A DNA stretch of 64,000 bases, taken from positions 39,715 to 103,714 of the forward strand of contig CAYPOM010000002.1 of assembly GCA_964412505.1 (NCBI GenBank), written 5' to 3'. Position numbers and translations under genes: made by a program. The notes below the pieces were generated by a model. That model was given only the letters and a program-made list of their open reading frames with translations, ran no database searches and was not told the origin of the DNA. Positions 39,894 to 48,785 of this stretch are shown piece after piece; position 1 is the first letter of the stretch, and every line of letters starts with the position of its first letter. The DNA comes from an uncultured Alphaproteobacteria bacterium. GTDB taxonomy: Bacteria; Pseudomonadota; Alphaproteobacteria; UBA3830; CAYLKK01.

Positions 39894-40388
39894 TTATTCC
39901 TCCATCTCTTGTTCTTGAAAAAGCTCATCGACTCTATATCGACGTGCAATATTATTTAAAATTGCTGTTACGAAATGAACGTCGTCTACTGACAAAAAAC
40001 AACCAGCTACATCGACGTACTCTTTAAATAAAACCTTGCTAGGAACTTCTTTAAAAAACAACAACTCACAAACAGCCGCTCGCAGTACAGAAACGACTAC
40101 TCTATCGATCCTACTAAAAGTCCAATCTTTTGTCAAGTTTAATTTAATTTCCTTGTCTATAACCGATTGATTCTGCGAAGCTTTTTCTAAAACGCCTTTA
40201 ACTCTAGTTTTTGAAACATTTGCGATCTTTAGCGGTAGCGTATCGATCAACTGATCGATCTCCATAGTAAAAAAATCATTCGTTATTTTCTGAATAGAAT
40301 CTCCAGTAACATCATGTTGATACAAGCCCATCACTATACACATTCTAGCAAGTTTTCTGTACCCTGATCTGCTCTCACTCTTTATCAT
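39894..40388 (-). CDS. nusB: transcription antitermination factor NusB
   Basis: Sized about 160 aa. N-terminus SRSGYRKLARMCIVMGLYQ and a central SRIDRVVVSVLRAAVCEL pattern typical of NusB. Confidence 0.8.
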   Translation of the reverse strand: MIKSESRSGYRKLARMCIVMGLYQHDVTGDSIQKITNDFFTMEIDQLIDTLPLKIANVSKTRVKGVLEKASQNQSVIDKEIKLNLTKDWTFSRIDRVVVSVLRAAVCELLFFKEVPSKVLFKEYVDVAGCFLSVDDVHFVTAILNNIARRYRVDELFQEQEMEE

Positions 40389-40667
40389 ATTCTATGCTAA
40401 GAAAAACACTTTATTAATATTAACACGCATAAAACATTTAATTCAATATGTACATTATAAGTTTTATTGACACTATTTAGCTTATGAAGTTACACATATT
40501 GAGGAAAAAGATATCGGATTTCCAACAAATTTCTTTCTGTTTTCAAATCAGAAACGGCTGGAATGTCATCTTTTTAATTAGAAAATTCAAAATCATATAA
40601 TGATCGCATTTACCCACTTTACAAATGTAAAATCATCATGTATCATTTAAAATTGATTTAGTTTACG

Positions 40668-41858
40668 GTGAATGAATTGCGTCTTTTAAACTACTCTTTA
40701 TTATTGTCTTCATTTTTTATGTTAACATCATGTGATGACAAGGAAAAAGGTAAAAACATTGGGCCTGCAGTTAAGGTTGTTAAAGTAAAGAAAGAATCAG
40801 TGCCGCTAGATTTCGAAGCTGCAGGTAGAGTTTCTGGTTCACTTGAGATACAGGTTAGAGCGCAAGTTGGCGGAATTTTAAAAGAACGAAAATTCAAAGA
40901 AGGACAGTTAGTTAAAAAAGGCGAAAGTTTATTTTTAATTGATCCTATACCATATGAAACTATTCTTAATAAAATGGAGAGTGCTTTATCTCTAGCTGAG
41001 TCTGATTTGCGAAGGACAAAAAGAGATTACGATAGAATGTCTAAAATGTTTAAGGCAAAGGCGGTTAGTCAAAAAGAATATGATGACTCTTTGTCTGCAT
41101 ACGAAGGTTCTGTTGCGAATGTAAACGTAGCGAAAGCGAATTTGAAAGAAGCGAGAATAAATTTAGAATACACAAATGTAAAAGCTCCTATATCTGGAAT
41201 TGTTAGAAAGGAAAGTCAAACTGTAGGTAATTTAATTTCTACTGCTGGCGAATCTGCGTTATTGACATCTATGGTCCGAACTGACCCGTTGCATGTTCAT
41301 TTTTCAATATCCGGAGATTTCTGGCGCAAAGTGTTTAATTTGGCAAAAAACAATGAAGCAGACATTCCAGCCTTAGACAAGCTCAATGTTAAAGTTGTAC
41401 AATCTAATGGTGATGTATGCCCAGTTTCTGGGAAAATCGTGTTTGCAGATAACGCTGAAAATGCTGGCACTGGAACTATTTCTTTAAAAGCTGAAATTCC
41501 TAATAAAGATGGGAAGAGTGGCCTAATGCCTGGACAATTCGTTCGAGTTATTGTAAATGGTGCTCAGTATAAAAACCCAGTTATACCTACTTCATGTGTT
41601 ATAGCTACTGCTGGTGGGAGCATGGTCTATGTAATCGATGATAAGAATATAGCCCAAATCAGACCAGTAAAAGTAAAAACTTTAAAAAATAAAGCCATTG
41701 TTATGAGTGGCCTAAAAGAAGAAGAAATCGTAGTTTGCGATGGAATAATTAAAGTTAGAGCAGGTTTAAATGTTACTCCGATTTTTGATGACGAACAAAA
41801 ACTTAAAAATCACAGAGAAAGCAATGAGGAAAAAACATCTGAGAAAAACAACATTTAG
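40668..41858 (+). CDS. RND efflux periplasmic adaptor (membrane fusion lipoprotein, AcrA/MexA family)
   Basis: GTG start, lipobox MLTSC, lipoyl/hairpin pattern (LFLIDPIPYE ... YTNVKAPISGIV). Confidence 0.9.
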   Translation: MNELRLLNYSLLLSSFFMLTSCDDKEKGKNIGPAVKVVKVKKESVPLDFEAAGRVSGSLEIQVRAQVGGILKERKFKEGQLVKKGESLFLIDPIPYETILNKMESALSLAESDLRRTKRDYDRMSKMFKAKAVSQKEYDDSLSAYEGSVANVNVAKANLKEARINLEYTNVKAPISGIVRKESQTVGNLISTAGESALLTSMVRTDPLHVHFSISGDFWRKVFNLAKNNEADIPALDKLNVKVVQSNGDVCPVSGKIVFADNAENAGTGTISLKAEIPNKDGKSGLMPGQFVRVIVNGAQYKNPVIPTSCVIATAGGSMVYVIDDKNIAQIRPVKVKTLKNKAIVMSGLKEEEIVVCDGIIKVRAGLNVTPIFDDEQKLKNHRESNEEKTSEKNNI

Positions 41859-41879
41859 CATGCATTAGAGAATGAGGCA

Positions 41880-44800
41880 ATGAATACTTTATTTTTTATA
41901 AAACGTCCGATCTTATCTATAGTAATTTCTCTCCTTATTTTAATATTCGGAGGAATATCAATTTTTAACTTGCCAGTAGCGCAGTACCCAGACTTAACTC
42001 CTCCAACTATTTGTGTAACAGCTCAGTACCCAGGCGCTAGTGCAGCAGTAATTTCTGAATCCGTCTCGGCAATTTTAGAAGAAAAAATAAATGGCGTAGA
42101 AGACATGATTTACATGAATACTACAGTGTCTGCTGCCACAGGAACATCAACTACGCTAATTTCGTTTAATGTCGGAACTGATCCAGACAAAGCGATGATC
42201 AATGTAAATAACCGTGTACAAATGGTTACTTCACTACTCCCTGACGTCGTACGACAGTATGGAGTAAAAGTTGAAAAAAGGTCGACTGCTATTTTGCAAG
42301 TTGGAACACTGTATTCTACGTCACCTTTGTATGATGCAAAATTTTTAGGTAATTATGCGATAATTAATCTTGTCGATGACTTAAAAAGGTTGGACGGAGT
42401 TGGAGATGTTCAAGTTCTAAGCGGCAATGATTATTCGATACGTATATGGCCAAAACCAGATATAATGACAAAATTACGACTTTCTGTAGGAGAAATTGTC
42501 GCTGCTGTTTCGTCTCAAAACAAGCAAAGAGCAGCTGGAAAAGTTGGGCAGCAACCTGTATCTGATGTAGAAAAAACAATGACTATTGTCGCGCAAGGGA
42601 GATATACAGATCCAGAACAATTCAAAAATATAATCATTAGAAGCGATATAAATGGAGACAATTTAAAACTTCAAGATGTAGCTGATGTAGAACTTGGAGC
42701 TATGTCATATGAGATCGATGCTAGAACACGCGGGTGTAAAGCTGTCCCACTTTTATTTTTCTTGTCTCCTGGAGCAAATGCTCTTGCATGCGTAGATAAG
42801 ATAAATAAAAAAATGGCGGAATTATCTGAAAAATTTCCTGAGGGGGTAAATTATAAAGTTATATATGATACAACGAAATTCGTTGAAGAATCTATTCACG
42901 AAGTTATCAAAACATTGTTTGAAGCAATTCTTTTAGTAGTTTTAGTCGTACTATTATTTCTGAAAAAATTCAGAGCTACGATGATCCCATGCTTAGCTGT
43001 TCCTGTCTCTATTGTTGGAGCATTTGCTGGCATGTTGATGTTCGGTTTTTCAATAAATACACTAACATTATTTGGGCTAGTTCTTGCAATAGGAATCGTC
43101 GTTGATGATGCTATTATAGTTATGGAAAACGTAGAACGTATAATGCATGAGGAAAAGTTACCTGTAGATAAAGCGACAGAAAAGGCTGTAAATCAGGTTG
43201 CTGGCCCTGTCATAGCAGTCGTATTAGTCCTTTGCGCTGTATTTATTCCAGTATCGTTTTTAGGTGGAATGAGTGGAGTTTTATATAAACAATTTGCGAT
43301 GACAATTGCATTTTCTGTTGTTATTTCTGGTATAGTTGCGCTTACGCTAACCCCTGCACTTTGCATACTTCTTTTGAAAGGAGAAAGCAAAAAGAAAAGC
43401 TGGAAATTTTTTGATATTTTCGATGAATATTATAAAAAGTTTGAAAATAAATATTTAGTAGTTGTTGAATACTTGCTGAAAAATGCTAAACAAGCAGGTT
43501 TAGCTATTGCCGCTATAGTTATAGTAACGTTCGGATTGTTCAAAATCACGCCTGGAAGTTTGTTGCCAAATGAGGATCAAGGTGTCATGATGGGATGCGC
43601 ATTTTTAGACCCAGGTGCATCTCTTGAAAGATCTGTAAATGTCTCGAATTATTTGGATTACATAGCTGGAAAAGACAAAGCTGTAGATGATTATACTGTA
43701 GTAGCTGGATATGATCTTATCGGTGGTAGCCCAAGAAATAATTCTGTAACTATGTTTATGAAACTTAAACCTTTTAATGAAAGAAAATCTGAAGAGCTAT
43801 CAGCATTCGCTGCTTGTAAAAGATTTATGATGAACGGAGCCAAAGCTCCTGAAGCTGCAATTATCGGGTTTACTCCACCACCTATTGTCGGTATGAGTAC
43901 GACTGGAGGCTTTGAGGTTTATCTACAAGTTTTAACAGATAAAAGCTTGCTTGAGCTTAATGAAAAGCTAAGAGATGTCTTAGCGGAAGCTGCGAAACGT
44001 CCAGAATTAGCTGGATTAAATAGCACGTTTAATGCCAGTTCGCCTCAGTTCAAACTCACTGTAGATAATTTAAAAGCTATTTCTATGGGCGTTTCAATTG
44101 ATGATTTGTATCTTGCGATTCAGTCTGCATTTGGAACAACATACATAAACGATTTTACAAAATCAGGTAGAACGTTTAAGGTTATACTGCAAGCAAAAGC
44201 CGATTATAGAGCATTCCCAGAACAAATGGAAGACGTTTACGTAAAATCGCAGCGAGGAGAAATGATTCCTGTATCTGCATTTGCAAAATTAGAAGAAACG
44301 ATCGGATGCGATGATATTACACGATTCAATGGACGTATATCTGCAAAAATAATTGGCTCACCAGCTCCTGGATATACATCAGGAGAAGCTATGAGCGCAA
44401 TTGAAGAAGTTTTCAATAAAACTTTAGATGAAAATTATGGGTATGCATGGAGTGGATCTTCGTACCAAGAAAAAGTATCAGCTGGTACTGGCGGAATTGC
44501 CATGTTGCTTGGTCTTATTGTCGTTTTCTTAATTTTGGCAGCTCAATACGAAAGGTGGTCTTTACCTGTAGCAGTATTACTCGCAGTACCATTCGCTATG
44601 TTTGGGGCGATCTTAGCAACTTGGCTTCGAGGATATAGCAATGACTTATACTTCCAAGTTGCTTTGATAACATTAATCGGGTTAGCTGCAAAAAATGCAA
44701 TTTTAATAGTGGAGTTTGCTGTTGAGCTTCGGAAAAAAGGTGAAGATTTATTAAATGCTGCTTTATATGCATCTAAATTAAGATTACGTCCGATTGTAAT

Positions 44801-45023
44801 GACTTCATTGGCATTTATTTTTGGATGTTTGCCTTTAGCTATTAGTAGTGGAGCTGGTGCTGCAAGCAGACACTCTCTAGGCACAGGTATTATCGGTGGA
44901 ATGGTGGGAGCTACTTTTATAGCTCCACTATTCATTCCTCTTTTCTTTGTAATTGTTTCTAAAATGAGCGAATATTTTCGTGGATACGCTACAAAGAAAG
45001 AAGCAGAAAAAATAGGAGAATAA
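41880..45023 (+). CDS. RND multidrug efflux permease (AcrB/MexB family)
   Basis: 1047 aa, 12 TM with two large periplasmic loops. N-terminus FFIKRPILSIVISLLI and conserved GLVLAIGIVVDDAIIVMENVER. Confidence 0.95.
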   Translation: MNTLFFIKRPILSIVISLLILIFGGISIFNLPVAQYPDLTPPTICVTAQYPGASAAVISESVSAILEEKINGVEDMIYMNTTVSAATGTSTTLISFNVGTDPDKAMINVNNRVQMVTSLLPDVVRQYGVKVEKRSTAILQVGTLYSTSPLYDAKFLGNYAIINLVDDLKRLDGVGDVQVLSGNDYSIRIWPKPDIMTKLRLSVGEIVAAVSSQNKQRAAGKVGQQPVSDVEKTMTIVAQGRYTDPEQFKNIIIRSDINGDNLKLQDVADVELGAMSYEIDARTRGCKAVPLLFFLSPGANALACVDKINKKMAELSEKFPEGVNYKVIYDTTKFVEESIHEVIKTLFEAILLVVLVVLLFLKKFRATMIPCLAVPVSIVGAFAGMLMFGFSINTLTLFGLVLAIGIVVDDAIIVMENVERIMHEEKLPVDKATEKAVNQVAGPVIAVVLVLCAVFIPVSFLGGMSGVLYKQFAMTIAFSVVISGIVALTLTPALCILLLKGESKKKSWKFFDIFDEYYKKFENKYLVVVEYLLKNAKQAGLAIAAIVIVTFGLFKITPGSLLPNEDQGVMMGCAFLDPGASLERSVNVSNYLDYIAGKDKAVDDYTVVAGYDLIGGSPRNNSVTMFMKLKPFNERKSEELSAFAACKRFMMNGAKAPEAAIIGFTPPPIVGMSTTGGFEVYLQVLTDKSLLELNEKLRDVLAEAAKRPELAGLNSTFNASSPQFKLTVDNLKAISMGVSIDDLYLAIQSAFGTTYINDFTKSGRTFKVILQAKADYRAFPEQMEDVYVKSQRGEMIPVSAFAKLEETIGCDDITRFNGRISAKIIGSPAPGYTSGEAMSAIEEVFNKTLDENYGYAWSGSSYQEKVSAGTGGIAMLLGLIVVFLILAAQYERWSLPVAVLLAVPFAMFGAILATWLRGYSNDLYFQVALITLIGLAAKNAILIVEFAVELRKKGEDLLNAALYASKLRLRPIVMTSLAFIFGCLPLAISSGAGAASRHSLGTGIIGGMVGATFIAPLFIPLFFVIVSKMSEYFRGYATKKEAEKIGE

Positions 45024-45025
45024 GA

Positions 45026-46456
45026 ATGAGCAAAAATTTCATATTTGTCTGTTGCATTGGTTCTTTATTAACAGGATGTTCTTTAGCTCCTAAATATAAA
45101 AAACCTCAGATGGAAATGCCAGATGTTGATAAATCTGTAGATATAGTCTATGAAGAATTATATAAGAAATTTGGTGGGAACAAATGGTGGACAATATTCA
45201 ATGACGGAAATTTGAATGCGATTGAAGAGAAAGCCCTTGCATCAAATGGAGAAATGAAAAATGCAATTTCTAAAATAAAAATTTTTGAATTAGCGCATGA
45301 TTCCGCAATGTCAACTATATTCTCGCCGAATATTAATTTTACTTCAGATATAAAAAAGACAAAGATGTCTGCTAAAGGTATTTATCCAATAAATGCGAAT
45401 GACAGAGAAAAGAGCGTAGTAAGTAGTGGCTTATCTGCTTCATATGAAATCGATCTTTTCGGTAAAAGTTTAGCGCAAAGTAAAGTGGCTTACAATGAAT
45501 TTTTAGCTAGTAAGATGGCTAAGGAAGCGTTGTTTTTATCTTTAACTGCATCAGTAGCAAAAGCATATTTTTCATACATAGCTATGGAAGAAAAAATAAA
45601 TATAGCGAAAAGAACGTTAGAAACTAGAAAATCAACGTTTGACATGTATAAGAGTCGCTTTGAAAATGGATACTGCAATGAGTTAGATTTTAATAGAGTC
45701 AAAGCTGACTTACATAATGCAGAAACGACCTTAGCTAAATTAGAAGATGCTTTTTGTAAGATTGAAACAGCTTTATGTACATTAATTGGAGAATCTCCTA
45801 AAGAAATTATAAATCCTTCGATAGTATATAAAAATATAAATAATGTAGATTTGGTAGATATTATACCATCAAACATTCCATCAGATTTGTTACAGAGAAG
45901 GCCAGATATTGGACAAGCTGAAGAAGAACTACTAGCATATAACGAGAGGATTGGGGTTGCTAAAGCTGCATTTTTACCATCATTTCTTATTACAAGTTCA
46001 GTTGGTTTCGAAAGTGGTGCATTGCAAAAACTTACGACTAATACAGCAGATACATGGCTTGCAAACTTAGGTGTCAGTCTTCCTGTCTTTAATGGGGGAC
46101 GCCTTATTATGAAAAAAAGAATAGCAGAAGAACAATATAAACAGTCTGTTGAGAACTACAAACATGTAGTCAGAAATGCATTTAAAGAAGCAAAAGATTC
46201 CATAGTTTCAAATGTAAAGTGGAGAGAAATTGTTGCATCTACTACGGAGACTAAGGGAGCGCTAGCAAGAAGTTATAGTTTAGCTATTGAAAAGCATAAA
46301 GCTGGATTAATTGGATTGATAGATTTACTAGATGTAGAAAGGAATTTCTTAGTTGCCCAGCTAGATCAAGTAGATGCTCTGCAAAATTTACTTAATTCGA
46401 TAGTAGATTTGTGTAAATCTATTGGTGGTGGTTGGAAAATAAATAAACGGCAATAA
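45026..46456 (+). CDS. RND efflux outer-membrane factor lipoprotein (NodT/OprM family)
   Basis: Lipobox LLTGC. Two OEP repeats are present (LLQRRPDIGQAEEEL..., AAFLPSF...). 476 aa. Confidence 0.9.
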   Translation: MSKNFIFVCCIGSLLTGCSLAPKYKKPQMEMPDVDKSVDIVYEELYKKFGGNKWWTIFNDGNLNAIEEKALASNGEMKNAISKIKIFELAHDSAMSTIFSPNINFTSDIKKTKMSAKGIYPINANDREKSVVSSGLSASYEIDLFGKSLAQSKVAYNEFLASKMAKEALFLSLTASVAKAYFSYIAMEEKINIAKRTLETRKSTFDMYKSRFENGYCNELDFNRVKADLHNAETTLAKLEDAFCKIETALCTLIGESPKEIINPSIVYKNINNVDLVDIIPSNIPSDLLQRRPDIGQAEEELLAYNERIGVAKAAFLPSFLITSSVGFESGALQKLTTNTADTWLANLGVSLPVFNGGRLIMKKRIAEEQYKQSVENYKHVVRNAFKEAKDSIVSNVKWREIVASTTETKGALARSYSLAIEKHKAGLIGLIDLLDVERNFLVAQLDQVDALQNLLNSIVDLCKSIGGGWKINKRQ

Positions 46457-46460
46457 AGTT

Positions 46461-47565
46461 ATGAAAGAAGAAATTGTAAAGTCAATAAATTTTATAAAAG
46501 AAACACTTGATTTCTTAAGGGGGTTTCTTTGACTTCGACGACCTAAATAAAAAGTTGAATGGACTAAATGCTGAAGCTGAAAATCCTGACTTATGGAACG
46601 ATGCTGAACATGCTAAAAAAATTTTACAAGAAAGAGCTGATATAGAAAGTGAAATAAAAAAATTTGAAAAATTTCAGTCTGAGTTATCTGATTCTGAAGA
46701 ATTGTTGCAAATTGCAGAGTTAGAAGAAAATGATGAAATTGTTAGTGAAATTGAATCTACTATTTTATCTTTAGAAAAGTCTGTTAGATCTTATAGGCTT
46801 GAAAATTTATTATCTGGTGAAGTCGATAAAAACGATTGTTATATTGAAATACATGCTGGAGCTGGAGGAACTGAAGCTCAAGATTGGGCATCAATGTTGC
46901 TTCGTATGTATACGCGCTGGGCTGAAAAACGCGGCTACAAACTTTCTCTTATTGACGAAACAACTGAAGATGTAGGAATTAAATCTGTAACAATTCAAGT
47001 AAGTGGATTGAGAGCCTATGGATGGCTAAAAGCTGAATCTGGTGTCCATAGATTGGTAAGGATTTCTCCATTTGACTCTAATGCGAGGAGACACACAAGT
47101 TTTGCATCTGTTTGGGTATACCCAGTAATTGATGAAAAGATTGAGATAGAAATTTTAGATAAGGACCTTAGGATTGATACATATCGAGCTTCTGGAGCTG
47201 GGGGACAGCATGTAAATAAAACTGATAGTGCAATACGTATTACACATATTCCGACAGGAATAGTCGTTCAAAGTCAAGTTGATCGCTCTCAACATAGAAA
47301 TAGAGCAATTGCTTTTGATATGTTACGAGCCCGTTTGTATGAGTTAGAATTAAGAGAAAGAGAGGCAAAGCAAAGTCAAGAGGAAGCGAGTAAATCTGAT
47401 ATTGGATGGGGTAACCAAATTCGCTCTTATGTTCTGCAGCCATATCAAATGGTAAAAGATTTGAGAACAAATTTTGAGGTTGGAAACGCTATGGCAGTCT
47501 TAGATGGAAATATCGACGGCTTTTTAGAGTCATCAATTGCTTATAAAAACAAACAAGAAAATTAG
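46461..47565 (+). CDS. prfB: peptide chain release factor 2, requires programmed +1 frameshift (46461..46529 joined to 46531..47565)
   Basis: Frame 0 reads MKEEIVKSINFIKETLDFLRGFL then TGA. The +1 frame continues DFDDLNKKLNGL... into the RF2 body, with SPF and GGQ (SGAGGQHVNKT) motifs. Confidence 0.95.
46518..46533 (+). promoter_or_regulatory. prfB autoregulatory +1 frameshift site
   Basis: Internal SD-like AGGGGG (46518..46523) is followed by TTT CTT TGA C (46524..46533). This is the canonical CUU UGA C slippery/stop context. Confidence 0.9.
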
Positions 47566-47575
47566 GAGAATAAAA

Positions 47576-48715
47576 GTGTTAAAAGAATTACAAAGATTAC
47601 GCGGGATTGCATGTATAATGGTTTTGCTACAACATGTATGTTTAGTCGCTCCAATCGCCTTTTTTCAAAATACAGTACCAAGCGTTTTCCAATACGGATC
47701 ATGCGGAGTATATTTATTCTTCGTAATCTCCGGGTTTGTAATCGCATTTACTCAAAAAAACAAGTTAGAGAATTGCTGTAAATCTGACGATTTTGTTGAA
47801 AGGCTGTATTCTTCTGGAAACGTTTTGAAGTCTTTTTATGTTCGAAGAGCGTTTAGATTAATCCCAGCATTACTTGGAGTATTACTTATTATTATTTCTT
47901 TTCATAGCATTTTTACTAACGATCGAGTAGCTATCTTAGGTGCGATCAAAACTTTATTTGATATAATCTCGTGCAATTATGCAGATTGTGTAAATACAAA
48001 TGTTTTATATGAAGCATTCCATCTACAAGGTACAGGTCCTTTATGGACATTATCAATCGAAGTGTTTTTTTATTTAACTTTCCCTGTAGTATTTTTGCTG
48101 TTAAAAAACAATACTAGTAGAGTTAAATTTTTTCTGATTTCTGGTGCGATAAGCTGGTTTTGTTTTCGTTGGATATTTGATCATGTATTGCATCTTTCAG
48201 TGTTAAACTATTATAACATTTTCATCAATTTAGATGGTTTATTACTAGGAACATTTTTAGGTATTACATACGATAGGAAAAAAGCAGATACGGCAGAAAA
48301 TCATTGGATTTGGTCTTGCTTATCATTAATCTTGATTTTCGGAATGTGGTGTCCTCAAAATTTTTCTGCAGTTCAAGATGAAGTAAGATGGTGTAATACA
48401 GCAGTATTCTTCTCTGTGTGGTTAGTATACTTAGCTGTATATAACAAAGGAGTACTAAATATTCCTATTATAAAAAATATGCTAGAATATTTAGGTGATA
48501 GGTCTTATTCGTTCTACATATATCAAATGTTCCTTTCCTTTTTTATTAACTGGCTATCCAATTCGAACTATCTATCAATTAAAACTAATTCGTTAGAATG
48601 TGGATGGTTGTACATTATAACATTATTACTTCTTACAGAAGTGAGTTATAACGTTATAGAAAAACCTATGCGCAAGTTCGGAGATTCACTATCGAAAAAG
48701 TACAACATCGATTAA
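47576..48715 (+). CDS. acyltransferase family 3 (OafA/YrhL-like) membrane protein
   Basis: LRGIACIMVLLQH near the N-terminus and about 10 TM helices. GTG start at 47576 is preceded by AGGAG. The longest ORF starts at 47537, inside prfB. Confidence 0.8.
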   Translation: MLKELQRLRGIACIMVLLQHVCLVAPIAFFQNTVPSVFQYGSCGVYLFFVISGFVIAFTQKNKLENCCKSDDFVERLYSSGNVLKSFYVRRAFRLIPALLGVLLIIISFHSIFTNDRVAILGAIKTLFDIISCNYADCVNTNVLYEAFHLQGTGPLWTLSIEVFFYLTFPVVFLLLKNNTSRVKFFLISGAISWFCFRWIFDHVLHLSVLNYYNIFINLDGLLLGTFLGITYDRKKADTAENHWIWSCLSLILIFGMWCPQNFSAVQDEVRWCNTAVFFSVWLVYLAVYNKGVLNIPIIKNMLEYLGDRSYSFYIYQMFLSFFINWLSNSNYLSIKTNSLECGWLYIITLLLLTEVSYNVIEKPMRKFGDSLSKKYNID

Positions 48716-48724
48716 TGTTTTGTT

Positions 48725-48753
48725 TATGAATTATGAATAGTATGAATAGTATG
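48725..48753. repeat. short tandem repeat, 9-bp unit TATGAATAG (about 3 copies)
   Basis: TATGAAT-TATGAATAG-TATGAATAG-TATG, read directly in the intergenic region upstream of tolC. Confidence 0.6.
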
Positions 48754-48785
48754 TTATATTATTTGAGAAGTTAGATGAGGCCATT

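Noticed and set aside
44543-44935. Other long antisense or overlapping ORFs in the track (for example 7236..7553, 9991..10356, 19023..19349, 19766..20128, 20899..21264, 38531..38950, 44543..44935, 45490..45876, 49634..49978, 60057..60392, 60414..60716)
   Set aside because: Each lies inside a well-supported gene on the opposite strand and shows no recognisable motif. They are best explained by codon-composition artefacts in AT-rich DNA.
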